Shown: one piece after another, positions 36,915 through 50,375 of the stretch
How positions within the stretch are numbered: position 1 is the first letter of the stretch
Layout of the letters: each line of letters starts with the position of its first letter
DNA from: Eledone cirrhosa
Lineage: Eukaryota
Direction of reading: 5' to 3'
Length of the DNA: 64,000 bases
Assembly (NCBI GenBank): GCA_964016885.1
Contig: OZ024743.1
Location: forward strand, 172,670,001 to 172,734,000
The notes under the pieces: generated by a model
Told to the model about the DNA's origin: nothing
The model's input: the letters and a program-made list of their open reading frames with translations, nothing else
The model's database searches: none
Translations under genes and position numbers: made by a program

Positions 36915-38587
36915 ATATTACTGATTTCTGTGACATCATTATAGAGCTGTTATGCAATCGTTACAACAGCAACCAGCACTGGTGTGATGCTATCCAATGT
37001 TAACACAATTCTGTGAATGGGTTGACATGCTGTGGGCTATTGCTACCATGTTTGCGAAAGTTCGGAGAACATGTGACTTGCCAAAGAGGAGAGCACACTA
37101 GAGATAGTGAAATGGACAACACAAATCAAAATTGTTCCAGTCCTACATTCGAGAGTATGTAGTAGTCAAACAGGTAACATATAGGGAAACTTCCTAGTTA
37201 ACTTGTAATGCAGTGTATTAATGATTTTTTCCACGCTAACATCGGTTAGACGAATTGTCCCATTGTGAGACAAGCCAGATCAGGTGATCATATCTTGCTC
37301 ATACAGAACTGGTTCTCGTTTGGTTTCTATGGCTGGATGCCCTTCCTACCACCAACCACATCTATCAATATATTACTAAAAGTCTGTGATTGCTTGCTTG
37401 CTTGTTTGTAATGTAATACAGCCGAAAGGGCACATAATGGGAAAATACTTTGAAAGAAAATTGACCCTGAAATGAGAATACAAATAGAATAAAACAAGTT
37501 TCATGTAAATCAAAGCATGGGTTCCCGAGATATGGGGTTTTTCCGGGTACCTTCATAAACAGAGAGAGAGAAAGATAGAAAGAGATAGTGGTTGTGGGAG
37601 AATAGATTGAAAGAGAGAGAGCTGGTGGTGTTGTTGTGTATATATATGTGAGTGTGTGTGTATATGTATATGTGTGTGTGTATATATATATATATGTGTG
37701 TGTATATATATATATGTGTGTGTGTGTGTGTCTATGACCAGTGTATATAGATCACAGACACCCACATATATATATATACGCACACACATGTTTATATATA
37801 TTATATAATAAATTTTGTAACCTCTGTCTACTAGAGACCCATACTATTATCTTCTCAAACCTCCTTAATAAAAATCAGAAGTGTTCGCGTCATGCCAGCA
37901 CCGCTTCCGACACTCCTTCCAAAACTTTAAACCCAATATATAGCAACGTCAGACTTGAACCCATCACCACTTCTAGCAACACACCTCAAGGGCACACCTT
38001 ACACCACAACTCCACACTCAATGATCCACCCTATCTTAACACAATTAGTGACATCTATCTAGAATCTTTTACCCTAGAAATATCCCCATGTACATCTACT
38101 TTTAGTATGATTGGCTTCAATTACTTAGACTACATTACACCACTATATAATTAAATGTAAACTTTAGACACTGAATTATTTGTGCTAATGTTGTTCCATG
38201 TATGGAGTGCCATCATTGGATAAATAGAAGATTAATTTATTAATATAAAAGAGCTATATAACCTATATGTTGAGTACAATGAATTATGTACAAGTGGTAT
38301 ATGAGTTATACATACATGTATGACTTGATAGACAGATTAATGACATTGTAAGTGAGAATTGCTCTCTGGTCTACCCTAGAGATATTTAACTTTGACATGC
38401 AATCAGACATGCGCTGACCCAGAGCTTAGCAGGGGTTGTATATAGACGTGGTTCTAATAAAACCCTGTAACATCATCACATTGGATCTCACAATATTAAA
38501 GAAGTACTGATAGAAAGGAAAAAATAATTCAACAGAAAATGTTAAGTTAAGACAAATTCACAATAAATAATTAAAAGATATACCCAC

Positions 38588-38760
38588 CATGTGATAGTAT
38601 TCCTAGCAGCAGCAAATATAAGTAAAGCAGTACCCACAACAAAAGCAGCTTTCTTTACAGACTCAAAAAGTTGTAGATAATTCATTTTTTTTTCTGGCCG
38701 ACCCCCAGGAGTTCTCTTCACCAAAAAGGGAGCAGGTTGTGTGCTATAGTCAGCCATCAT
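38588..38760 (-). CDS. FAXDC2: FAXDC2-like first coding exon
   Basis: MMADYS...ESVKKAAFVVGTALLIFAAARNTIT(W) resembles FAXDC2 (recalled as SMRRTAFILGSGLLSFVAFWNSVTW). A polypyrimidine-CAG acceptor lies 1 nt before the ATG. The GT donor after TG joins G-CAT of the next exon in frame. Confidence 0.9.
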
Positions 38761-39599
38761 TCTGTAAAGAGAAAAATAAACTACCTTTTTATTTTAATAA
38801 TGAAACAATAATTTTAGTAAATCCCTCTAAATTCCACATTGATTAATTAAAATAAAGAGTATTTCATTAGAAATATGGTAATAAAAGTTTACACTGCTGC
38901 ATGTATTGCCCTTCACACCCTTACACACCGTTCAGATTGGGCATTCATTGTGAAGATGTCAGCAAAGGTCAAAGTTATTTCCCCTTTTCGCTGATTAACT
39001 TTAGAAAAGAAAAAAAGCAATAAGCAAAATATCTAAAAATATCAGAGATAGATATGTATAACAAAATAGTTCATTGTCACACCTGGAGACAATAAGCCTT
39101 GACCATGGTGACGGCAAGCACTCTGACAGAATTACTCTCTTCCTTTTTGAAAGAGGTAAATCATTTTCGGCAGAGCTGTTCTGCTAGAGAATGAGTCACA
39201 GGTGGCAGATAGCGATATGGCCACCAGATATAATGGCTAGTTATGATATAAGCGGGCAACTGCTGGATGAATTAACAACCCAAGACTAACAACGGTAAAC
39301 TACTAGAAGAGATGGAGCAATGGGTGATACCTGCAGTTCCCAAGAAAACTCTCACAAACCAGTGACATAGCTACAACGAGACAAGTAAAGGCTGCCTTTA
39401 AATAAGTCTAGTCTTCGCGGGTTTGACAAAGTACCAGATTGGTGACTGGCATGAATAAGACCACCAAAACTGCAATATAGTGAGAAAAACAAAGAAAAAC
39501 CACACCACACTGTCCTTCGGGTGGGTTAACAAGGGGCACGTCCAAAAACTGGCGATAGATCTGCGACCTGTCATGGGAGGCGTGGGATAGATGCACAAA

Positions 39600-42500
39600 G
39601 TTTGCGTATCCCGAAACCCAAAAGAGGGTCCAGAAGGGAGCAAATCGTAACAGTTGGAATGTGGAACATCACAACCCTTACAGGTAAGGAGGAGGAACTA
39701 GTGGAGGAAGCTAGATGCTACTGGCAAGATATAGTCAGGGTTTCCTCAACAAAGTTCTCAAGATCTGATACTGTAGATTTGGATGGAGGATGGAAAACTC
39801 CACCATTTTAGTGTGGTGCCAGAAATCACTGCACAGGTGGAAGGGGGATACTCACAAGATCCTGGCTGTCAGAATGTGTTATGTACTGGATACCGTTAGG
39901 AGAAAGAATTTACCTCTTGAAACTTAGGCTGAAAGATTGGTCTCTGTGGTGCAAGTTTATGCACAAAACAAGGAGTCCAAATGAAGTCACTGCAGTGTTA
40001 GATGTAGTTAAGACTGAGTCATATATCCTGATGGGAGACTTCAATGCACATGTTGGCACTAATAACCTGACATGGAAAGGAGCGATTGGAAGGAATGGCG
40101 ACCCTAATCTAAATACAAATGGAAAGACATTACTAGATTTCTGTTCTAACAATGGACTCTATTATGAACACCTTTTTCCAGCACAGAGACATCTATAAAT
40201 ATACATGGTATAAGGGGAATCAGGCACAGAGATCAATAATTGATTTTGTTATTGACTCTGATCTCTTTGATTCTGTGCTGGATGTATGTGTTAAGAGAAG
40301 GGTTGAGCTGTCAACACATGACCATATATTATTTGTAACTTGAGACTGCCTAAAGCCAAAGAAGCCCACAAAACTGGCAGGTCCAAGGCAACCTACAGGA
40401 TAAAGTGGGAAGCATTGGTGGATAAGGAAATCAGGACCAGGTATGCAGATACTATTGCATCCAAATCCAGAGAACTCCCTGAGGATGTTGAGACAGAGTG
40501 GAGATTGTTTAGCGCAGCAATTTCTGCTTCAACTTAAATGCTGCAGGCAAAAGAGGCTTGATGTGGTGCTAAATGGCAGGAAAACTCCTTGGTTCAATCA
40601 AGAGGTCAAAGATGCCATCTGAGCAAAGAAGGAGGTTTACAAAGCTTGGTTTGGAAATAAGTCCTTCTTGCACTTGTGGTACAAGCAGGCATGAAAAATT
40701 GCAGCAGAGACAGTAAAAGTGTCCAAAGTTAAGACATGGGAGGACTTTGGGGTTAAGCTGGAATCCAACATCAGATCAGCAAATAAAGTGATCTGGCAGA
40801 CCATCCGCTGACTTTGTAATAAGTATCCCTCCTCCACACTTGCTATAATAGAATGCATCTGGGGTTCTCCTCTCTTCAGAGAGGTGCATCCTTGCGAGGT
40901 GGACAGAATATTTTGCTAAACCTGATCACAACAGAATCTTCAGATGTACATGAGGTACATCTGAGAGCAGTGATTAATCTCTCTGAGGCTGAGGTCACAA
41001 GAGCAGTGAAAGAGCTCAAATGTGGCAAAGCAGCTGGGGGGAAGATGAAATCTGAACTGAGATGTAAAAAGCTTTAAGTAGGCTGACTCATGTGTGCAGG
41101 GTCATCTGGGTCCCTGGAAAGGAACCTAAGCAAAGACAATCGGAGTGATAATCCCAATTTTCAAAAAGGGGGACAAGAGAGATTGTTCCAATTACAGAGG
41201 GATGTTAAGCCTTCCTGGTAAAATCTATGCTAAGTGTCTGGCAAAGAGATGTAGGGAGATTGTTGAGTCAAAGCTAGCTGATGAACAGTGTGGGTTTTGC
41301 CCCAGATGCAGCACAGACTTCCAAATATTCACACTGCAACAAGTATTCAAGAAATCGTGGGAGTATTGCCAAGAAGTATATTATTATTTTGTTGACCTGG
41401 GACCTGCTGAGGAAGGTTCTGCAGGAGTATTTGTTCAATGGTCAACTTCTTGCTGCCCTTAAGTCTCTATATAAATGCCAGAGTATTTGTGTTCAGATAA
41501 ACGGTGCTAAATTAAAACCATTCAATGTGGGAGTCAGACCCCAGACTCCACCAAGGGTGCATACTGTGGCAGGCCATGGTGGATTGGCAGTATCGGTAGA
41601 GGGTCGGACACCATGCTTTGCAGCAAAGAGTTACGATCCTTTATGGTCTGAGTTTAAATCTCGCCGAGGTTAATTTTGCCTTTTATCCTTATGGGGTCGA
41701 TAAAATTAAGTACTAGTAATACACTGGGATAATTGATGTCCTTGTGCCAAAAGTAGAAACAATTATTTACATGAACAGGATTGACATGCACAGCCGGATT
41801 GGAACTGGTATCATGACTGGCGGGTGTAAAATCAGTTGACTGGAATTTGCAGACAACATGGTGTTACTTAACTCAACAGAAGATGATCTCTGACTTGCAC
41901 TTGATAGGTTTGATGCTGAGTGCTGCATGGCTGGAATGAAAATCAGTGCTGCAAAAACTGAGATACTAGTCCTCTCAAGAAAGCCTGCGAAGTTCACTTT
42001 ACATGTGAATGGAGTTCCACTGAAGCAGGTAGAGAGGTTCAAGTATCTCAGGTCCATGTTCATGAGTGATGGAAGCCAGGAGGCTGAATTAAGTGCAAGA
42101 ATTGCAAAAGCTGGTGCACTACAGCACCAGCTTCAGCATTCAGTAATCAGAAGAAGAAAGAAGATAGGCATAAAAGCCAAATTCACTTATCTTCAATTCG
42201 GTATTCGTGCCAACATTTACCTATTGTCATAAATCTTGTGTAATGACCAAAAGAATACAATCGCGAATACAAGCAACTGAAATGGGATTCCTCCAAAGGT
42301 CTTTGGAGTAACGTTATTCGATAAAGTGTGTAATTCGGAGATCAGAGAGTCTCCCCAGGTAGAGCTGCTACTTCTCCCAATTGAGAGATCACAACTCTGA
42401 TACTATGGGAATGTGGTTAGAATGTCTCAGGAAAGAATCACTGGACAGATTTTATGGGCAAAACCAACTGGCAAGAGTCCTAGTGGTAGACTCCAAGCAA

Positions 42501-42648
42501 GATGGTTGGATAACATCCATAAGTTTCGCTGGTCAAGCTCGGTGATCCAGCTAAATCAGTTGGAGACGGTTGCTTCTAATGGGACCCGCTGGAGGGAGTG
42601 TTTGAGGCCTCTGCCCCCATGACAGTCTCAGGAATAAGTGGGTGAAGA
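39600..42648 (+). mobile_element. Decayed RTE LINE of a second lineage (Expander/Rex3-like), interrupted by a SINE
   Basis: GMWNITTLTGKEEELVEEA, MGDFNAHVG, RSIIDFV, IIPIFKKGDKRDCSNYRG, FADN and KQVERFKYL; many stops and frameshifts; no PHD insert. Confidence 0.88.
41571..41764 (+). mobile_element. SINE family B copy inserted in the RTE RT region
   Basis: GGTGGATTGGCAGTATCGGTAGAG...AAGTAGAAACAATT splits the RT motif region just after the QGC-like sequence. Confidence 0.85.
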
Positions 42649-43105
42649 AATGTAAATCATTCATCTGGGACATGACATGCTGTGATACATTCTCCGCCTC
42701 CAACTTAATTGCTTCAGCCATAAACCGTGGCTCACAATGCAGAGGACAGGAAGTCAAACAAATACTGCAGCTTCTCCAACAGTCACCGTTGAGACCGCAG
42801 GTGTCCTCAGACCCCAAACAGCTGACCTCCTCCATAAAATTGGATCGATAGCAGCCCATCTGAGGGAGGAGCCCCACAAGGTAGGATGGCTGTTGCAGCA
42901 TGTGTCACTGACTATTATCCATGGAAATGCCTTTGCCATTTTATCCGTGGGGTGTGACCAATACACCGCTCAGACCTAGGTGTAGAGTCTGTCACCATCT
43001 CCCTTCCCTTCTTTTTTTCTTCCTTCATCTAGTAGTCCTTGCTTTTCCTCTCATTTAATACATTTATAGTCCTTTGCAATGCTGCTTTGTTTTTCTGTAT
43101 GTTTA
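42649..43105 (+). mobile_element. CRE-clade-like non-LTR 3' fragment (restriction-like endonuclease)
   Basis: FIWDMTCCDTFSASNL, VTVETAGVL and GWLLQHVSLTIIHGNAFAIL, followed by an AATAAA-containing 3' end. Confidence 0.7.
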
Positions 43106-43769
43106 ACCAAATAAAAATTAAATAATTCTTTAAAGTTAGTGAAATATATACATTGTAAGGCAATTATTACTAGAGACTGACTTCTTTGACATTTATATTT
43201 TGTAATACCATTTTATTCCTTATCATAAAAATCAGTATCTATCAAGTGCTCCATATAGTAAAATTTTCAACAAGACAGAAGCAAAAATTGTTAATTGTAT
43301 AAGAACTATTAGTTCACATAATCAGCAAACCAGAAAACCTATGAACAAATCATACTGGTCTATAACTAAGACTACACTATCCAATGTGTTTTTCTTTTGA
43401 TATGATGTGATTTGAGGGGGATTTGGCTATTTCAAGCAGGTTGAGTGACCATGTAGAGGCTCCCTTGTTAGTTCATTTGGCTCACAGGTTTATCACATCT
43501 TTTTTCAAAGAAATTAGCAGATAGCCAAAACTATTTTCCTTCTATTAATGTAGATGGTCATCAACAAGAACAAGCTATCCCCATTGCCATCTCTTGAAGT
43601 AACACATTCACTATTTTGTTTGCCAGGATCATAAAACCAGTGACATGGCTTGCCTCAAGGATCTTTAGAGGGAAACACCAACATTCCTTATTTGTAGTGT
43701 GAAGCTAAGTGTGCATGTCTTCTCCCATTTTATTTTTCCTTTTTTCGCTAATTAAAGTGCTCATATGTC

Positions 43770-45114
43770 AATCATCATCATTTTACGTCCGCTTTTCCCT
43801 GCTTGCAAGGGTGGGACGGGTCTTATTCAGCACAGCATCTCTCCACTTGTCACGGTCCTTCGTCATCTCCACCGTGAGCTTCAGCAATCTGAGGTCTGTT
43901 CTCACCACCTCCGCCCATGTTTTTCGTGGTCTACCTCTACCACATCTTCCTTCAACTGGCATTTCCTGGCACTTCTTCACCCATCGGTCATCCTCCATTT
44001 GCATCACATGTCCATACCATCGCAGTCTCCTCTCTCACACACTACATTCTATCCCTCTCAGACACAGTTTCTCTCTCAACACATCCATGCTCGGTCGTTC
44101 ACGTACATTGACATTGCACATCCAACGGAGCATGCTTGCTTCATTTCTCTCCAGCCGTCACATATGCAGTTGCTGCCCAAGTCTCACTACCATGCATCAT
44201 CGCGCTCCACACAGGCATCATATAACCGGTCTTTCATACGCAGAGAGAAACCCTTCGTCAGCAGAGGAAGCAGCTCCCTAAACTTCTTCCAACCCGTCCT
44301 TATTCTAGATACTATGGCCTCAGAACACCCCTCTCCCATACTAATCTGATCTCCTAGGTACCGGAAGCTATCCACCACTTCTATAGTACCCGCCTGCATT
44401 TGAAAAATGAGTCTATCAATGCGACTTCTACTGTCTAATTTCCCTGTACATCTACTGCATACATATTTCTCCCTACCTGTTAGTTTGCCTGCTATCCCGC
44501 TACATCTCTTGTGTACCCAAGATCTACATTGCGTATATTTTATGGAATTTATGTCAGTTCCTTTCCTACATATCGCACATGGCCATTTCCCTGACGGAAT
44601 CAGAGTTTTGTCCTCTTTTCTACTCATCAACACTTTTGTCTTAGCTAGGTTCACTCTCAGTCCTCTTGCTTCCAACTGCTGTTTCCATAGCCAGAATTTA
44701 TTCTCTAGCTCCTCTACTGATTCTGCTATAAGAACCAGATCGTCAGCATAGAGAAGTTCCCATGGACAGCCAGTCTTAAATTCCTCTGTTATGGCTTGGA
44801 GGACTATAATGAACAAGAGCGGGCTGAGGAGCGAACCTTGATGTACTCCTACTTGTATCTGGAATTCCTCACTAAACTCCATTCCTACCCTGACTTTACT
44901 GAGAGTACCTCTGTACAAAGTTTGCACTGTCCTCACAAGCCATTCCTCAACACCTAGTTTCCTTAGGGACCACCAGATGACAGATCGGGGTACCCTATCA
45001 AAGGCCTTCTCTAGGTCAACAAAGGCTAAGTATAGTGGCTTATTCTTCTCTAAGAACCTCGCTTGTAATTGTCTCACCAAGAAGAGGGCATCTGCTGTAC
45101 TCTTCCCAGGCACA
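43770..45114 (-). mobile_element. 5'-truncated RTE LINE (RT, PHD finger, 3' end)
   Basis: FVDLEKAFDRVP, GVHQGS, YADD, CAIC...HKRC...CSRC, GRPRKTW and an (ATG)n tail. It is near-identical to the 17520-17945 segment. Confidence 0.93.
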
Positions 45115-47254
45115 AATCATATTTATATGTACAAGTAAATAAATTATTTAGTTATATTTTAGAATGGGTTATATATAGCCCACCCTTTTACAGGCCTGGT
45201 GCTACCATTAAGGCCAACTAGGAAGCCATATAGGGTGTAGTTCTCAGAGAGAGACGTTACTGAAGCTTAAAGGATCACAGTTTTATACAAATTGGTAGAA
45301 TTAAATAAAATATATAATAATTTCCTGCAATCAATAAATAGATTGTTAAATATTATTGCTGTGTTATAGAAATATCCAGTGGTAGAGAGGATTGTAAGGT
45401 GTTATGACTTGTTAAGTGATTTGGCATGAGTATAGATTATGTAGTAGAAAATGTAGGCTTAGTAATTTTCTTAGTGTGGTCAGAACAAGAAATATGAAAA
45501 ACTAGGTTTGTTCACTCACCAAATTGTAAGTTGAAATTATTTCATTTTGGAAAAATTGACACACCGTTATAGGAGTAAGTTGAAATCATTTTATTTGAGA
45601 AAAGGGGACATGTATTGTAGGGGTAGCCTAGTACACTAGGTGCCAGCCCTGCTTCTTTCTCTCTTATAAGTTGATAGTACCACTATAGTTTCAGACTCTG
45701 AAGAATTCTTCAAGTTCAACTTAATTTTATCCTTATATCAATCAACAGACACTAATTGTCTCTGGTAATGATGTCAACAACTACCACTATCATCAGCTCA
45801 TCACAATCATCACTACCACCACTACTACCATCATCACCACCACCACAATAACAAAATGCTGTATCCAATGATTTATTTTGACAGGCACAGAGCCAACATC
45901 TCCCTTTTTAATGAAATGCAAACAGCACCTAATTCTGCAATGCTTCCTGATTTTTAAGTAGATTTCTACATTTCAGTGTTTACTAAGTTTTCTATTATAT
46001 TTGATATCTACAATACATTATAGGAATTACCCCACCTTGCTCCAACCAACACACACACACGCACACACACACACATACACTCATCAGAACCTGTCACTTT
46101 ATTTTATTGGTCATAGAAGTTGACTTTGGTTGGATTTGAACTGAGAACCTAAAGAGCTGTAACTAAACATTCACTGAAAGACATTATACAGAATTATAAA
46201 CAAACAAACACACATAAAAAAGGAAGAGAATATAACTAGACAAAGTTAATCTTCTAGAATTTAAGAAGACTTGTGTCTGTTTTGTCAGCGATAGCCCTTA
46301 TAGTAGAATGCTTAAGAAATGAAAATTATTTGGTGTGTTGTGAAAAGAAGATATGTAATGAAACCTATCCACACATTGACCCCCCCCCCCCCCCCCATTA
46401 AATGTCACCGGTGACATTTAATGGTCATTTTCTGGGTTATCTCCTTTCAGGTGTCAACAGGTCTGAAGTTGGATGATGTCAAAAGGTCAGCCCTTTATTC
46501 TCAAGTCTTGGAGACAAAGGAAGTGGCATCCTTAAATAGCCTGCCTTAGATCAGGCGAGAATTCGGAGCAAATCCTTCATAGAGTAGCCAATTACTTTAC
46601 ACAGACCCTTTGGGTCTTAATCTGACTCACTCTTACTCTCTCTCTCTTTCTCTTAATCTCTATCTCTTGGTTTCTCTCTTGACCAAGCCAGCGAAGTTCA
46701 CTAGTAAATACTACTTTAATTCTACTTTTACAAACAAACAAATAGCGTCCATAATTCTTGTGTAGTTTTCGTATAGCTTCGGTGTAAGCTATTTTCAATA
46801 AATTAATAATATAGTGGTTTGGTGTTATCGTGGTTCAATTATATATATTCATTTTCTGCGTGATCAAGGAACTATCATATCATCATCATCATCTGAATGA
46901 ACACTTACTCACTTACCTGCACACACGCAATCGCTGTTCACACTGTATGACACAACAGTGACCACACCACTCAGCAATCTACAAGTGAAGACACACACAA
47001 AAAACAAATCAACACCACAATACAATCAACTACCAATACGACCAGACCATCAGTATCGCGATAGATGTTATATTTCAACAGTTGAACACAACTGTTGAAC
47101 AGTTGATATAGGGGAGCTGGTGTAGTGTGGCACAGTTGAATGTAACCCTTTTGACACTAACCACCTTTGGTACTATGCTACAAAGCTGTTTATTTTAAAG
47201 TGTTTATATTTATCTAAAAACCTTCCAACATAATTTTATATAAGAACCTTTGTT

Positions 47255-48060
47255 AATTATTTTCATGAACAGGATTGACACACGCAGCTAGGTTGGAAGT
47301 GGTATCACAACTGGGGTGGGGGGTGGGGGGGGTAAATTCAGTTGACTGGAATTTGCAGACAACATAGTATTACTTAACACATCAGTGTTGCGAAAACTCT
47401 CAAGAAAGCCTGTCCAGTGAACTCTACATGTGAATAGAGTTCTATTGAAGCACATAGACAAGTTCAAGTATCTCGGGACTATGTTCACGAGTGATAGCAG
47501 GCAGGAGGAGGCTGAATTAAGTGCAAAAATTGCAGGAGCTGGTGAGTAATGTGCCAGCTTCAGCATTCAGTATTCAAAAGAAGGCATAAAAACCAAACTC
47601 ACTGTCTTCAATTTGGTATTCGTGCCAACCCTTACCTATGGTCATGAATCTTGGGTAATGACTGAAAGAATACAATCACGAATACAAGAAGCCAAAATGA
47701 AGTTCCTCCAAAGAGTCCTTGGAGTTGATAGATTGTGAGGCTTGGAGATTAAAGAGTCTCTCCAGGTAGAGCCGCTACTTCTCCGAATTGAGGTATCACA
47801 GCTCCGATACTCTGGGCATGTAGTTAGAATGTCTTAGGAAAGAATTGCTGAACAGATTTTATGGGCAAAACCAACTGGCAGGAGACCTAGGAGTAGACCC
47901 CAAGCAAGATGGTTGGATAACATCTATGAGCTTGACTGGTGTCGCTTGGGGATCCAGCCAGATCAATTGGATATGGTTGCTTCTGACAGGACCCTGCTGA
48001 AAGGAGTATTTGAGAACTAAGCTGCACAACTTTCTCAGAAATAAGTGGGTGGAGAAGAAG
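47255..48060 (+). mobile_element. 3' fragment of the Expander-like RTE, with probable TSD ACCTTTGTTA
   Basis: Aligns by eye with 41764-42648. ACCTTTGTTA occurs at 47246 and 48061. Confidence 0.8.
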
Positions 48061-48639
48061 ACCTTTGTTAGGTTATGTTCCAAACACCAGTTTAATAATC
48101 ATTTTCAAAATGATTTGAAAATCCTAAGCAGTGTTTTTCATTAGAAATATGGTCATGAAAGGTATTTATATTACTAAATCCCCAACAGATTTTTGATTAT
48201 TTTCAAAATGATTTGAAAATAATAGGTATTTTTTTAAATTAGAAATATGGTAACAAAAAGTTTAATGAGCCACAGAATTTCTTTCCAATTCATCTCAAGT
48301 TGTTGTTGAGACAAATTCAAATACGCAAAATTAAAACAAAGAATATTTATAAGAGGAGAAATATTCTTAATAGGTTTGGAGATACAGCATACATATTCCT
48401 TTGCTGTCTTAGAATTTGGATCTATTCTTGGGTATATTTGAGCTACTGATTACCAAAATGGCATCAGTTTTGCCATATCATCTCTAATTAATTATGATCA
48501 TGAATCCAAAACTCTAACCACTAGGCTATGCTCCTCATTCATGATGAAATGATTCTTAAAAAAGTTTTGTCAAATGTTCAGTTCAACTCTTTATTTGGAT
48601 CCTGAATGCAATTTGATCTCACCTTGTCAACCATGGGTA

Positions 48640-49190
48640 TAATGCACTAACTCTGAGGCCAATATATCTATTTCCTCAAGCAATACATGCAACCTATATC
48701 CTTTTATCTGCCTCTGTCAGTATTTCAGCAGCTCTCCCTGTCCACCAACTGTCTTTCATTAAATTTAAGCTTGTGTTGTAGGTTCCCTTTCACAGGAGCA
48801 AACTCTACTCCCAGCACATACTTTCTGAGCCATAGGGATATCTGATTGCAGAGGTTTAGCAAAGAAATTGTTCTTTTTTTTTTTTGTACATTGCTTCAAC
48901 TTCAATGTCATTATCTTCAAACCAGTCTTGGTAAAGTTTGTTTCTTGAGTGAAAACAAGATACATAACCCCACAAGATCAGCCATTTCAGTGTTGTCATA
49001 GCCCCCCATGGAGATGTTAAGCAATGGGTCTCCTTCATTTTTACAGTAGAAATGGTCATGGTATAACAATGACTAACGGGCATTCATTGCTATTCTGATA
49101 TCAAGGTTGTTGATGGGCACAAATTGCTTCCCAAAGTCTAGGTCTTGTAGGACGATAATGTTTAAGATGGTTGGATAACAGTCCACAATA
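48640..49190 (-). pseudogene. Possible decayed Penelope-like RT/endonuclease remnant
   Basis: Minus-strand translation KNEGDPLLNISMGGYDNTEMADLVGL resembles the PLE RT motif FDVTMGSYDGAEVCELVGL. Downstream CMYCLRK resembles the CxLCLxEK motif. Confidence 0.5.
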
Positions 49191-49589
49191 TCAAATTCAG
49201 TGTACTCTCGAGTCTCAAATAATTGCCCATCCCCTATTATTTTTCAGATTTTTCCACCACCCGCCGCTTACTAAATTTTGCTAATCTATCTCCAGTGAAA
49301 TTACATTTTAAGTGGTAGCATTATTCCTACAACAATTAATTTTTTTTAGACACTAAAAAACATTATGCATGACAAAATATATATATATATTACAAGAAAT
49401 CTCATACATTAAAAAATAAATAGAATGTGTTTAGGTCTCAATATGTAAACTAAATTACTAATTCTGGTTTTTAAAACAAATCAACGGAGACAACCTAGAA
49501 AAATTACCGATTTTCAAACTACCTCGCTTATTCCACCCCACCCCCTGTATTAGGGTTACATAGGCTGTATTAGTCAACCCCCAAACATG

Positions 49590-49834
49590 TGTCAAAGAAG
49601 AAGAATGTATCTATAAAAACATTTGAAAAATTAAGCAAATATAAAGGCCTGGAAATAGAGATTGGAAAAATGTGGATGGAAGTTGAGAATTAAAACAATA
49701 CCAGAGGTTGTAGGCACTCTAGGAATGATACCTAAAGGGTCTAATGATCACTTATCCCAAATCCCAGGAAACCCGTACAAAAGATAGTACTAATGGGAAC
49801 TGCCCATATACTAAGGAAGATTCTGTCAATATAA
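49590..49834 (+). pseudogene. R4/Dong-like RLE non-LTR C-terminal fragment
   Basis: EKLSKYKGLEIEIGKMW, KTIPEVVGTLGMIPKG and QKIVLMGTAHILRKILSI*. Confidence 0.75.
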
Positions 49835-49979
49835 GTAAATCACAATGTAAACACCTAAAGATACATGTGTATGTGTGTTTTTTTTTTCTTGAACATGGCA
49901 GACCTTGTTGTCTCTTGAAGTCACTGGTTGTGACTTGGTGATAACTCGTATGAACATTAAGCAAGATAAATGAAATGAT

Positions 49980-50375
49980 AATTGTTTCTACTTTAGGCAC
50001 AAGGCCAGCAATTATCCCAGTGTATTACTGGTACTTTATTTTATCAACCCTGTAAGGATGAAAGGCAAAGTCAACCTCGGCAGGATTTGAACTCAGATCG
50101 TAAAGGGACGTAACTATGCTGGAAAGCATGGCGTCCGACCCTCTACCGATACTGCCAATCCACCGCCCTTAAATAAATGAAATAATAATTGTTTCTACTT
50201 TAGGCACAAGGCCAGCAATTACCCAGTGCATTACTGGTACTTTATTTTATCGACCCCGTAAGGATGAAAGGTAAAGTCAACCTCGACGGGATTTGAATTC
50301 AGATCGTAAAGGGACGTAACTATGCTGGAAAGCATGGCGTCCGACCCTCTACCGATACTGCCAATCCACCGCCCT
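49980..50375 (-). mobile_element. Two tandem SINE family B copies (49980-50169 and 50187-50375)
   Basis: Near-identical copies separated and flanked by ATAAATGAAATAATA-like direct repeats. Confidence 0.9.

Noticed and set aside
45191-45650. Possible hAT-like MITE (CAGGCCTGG...CCAGCCCTG)
   Set aside because: The terminal repeats are short and imperfect and there is no convincing TSD.
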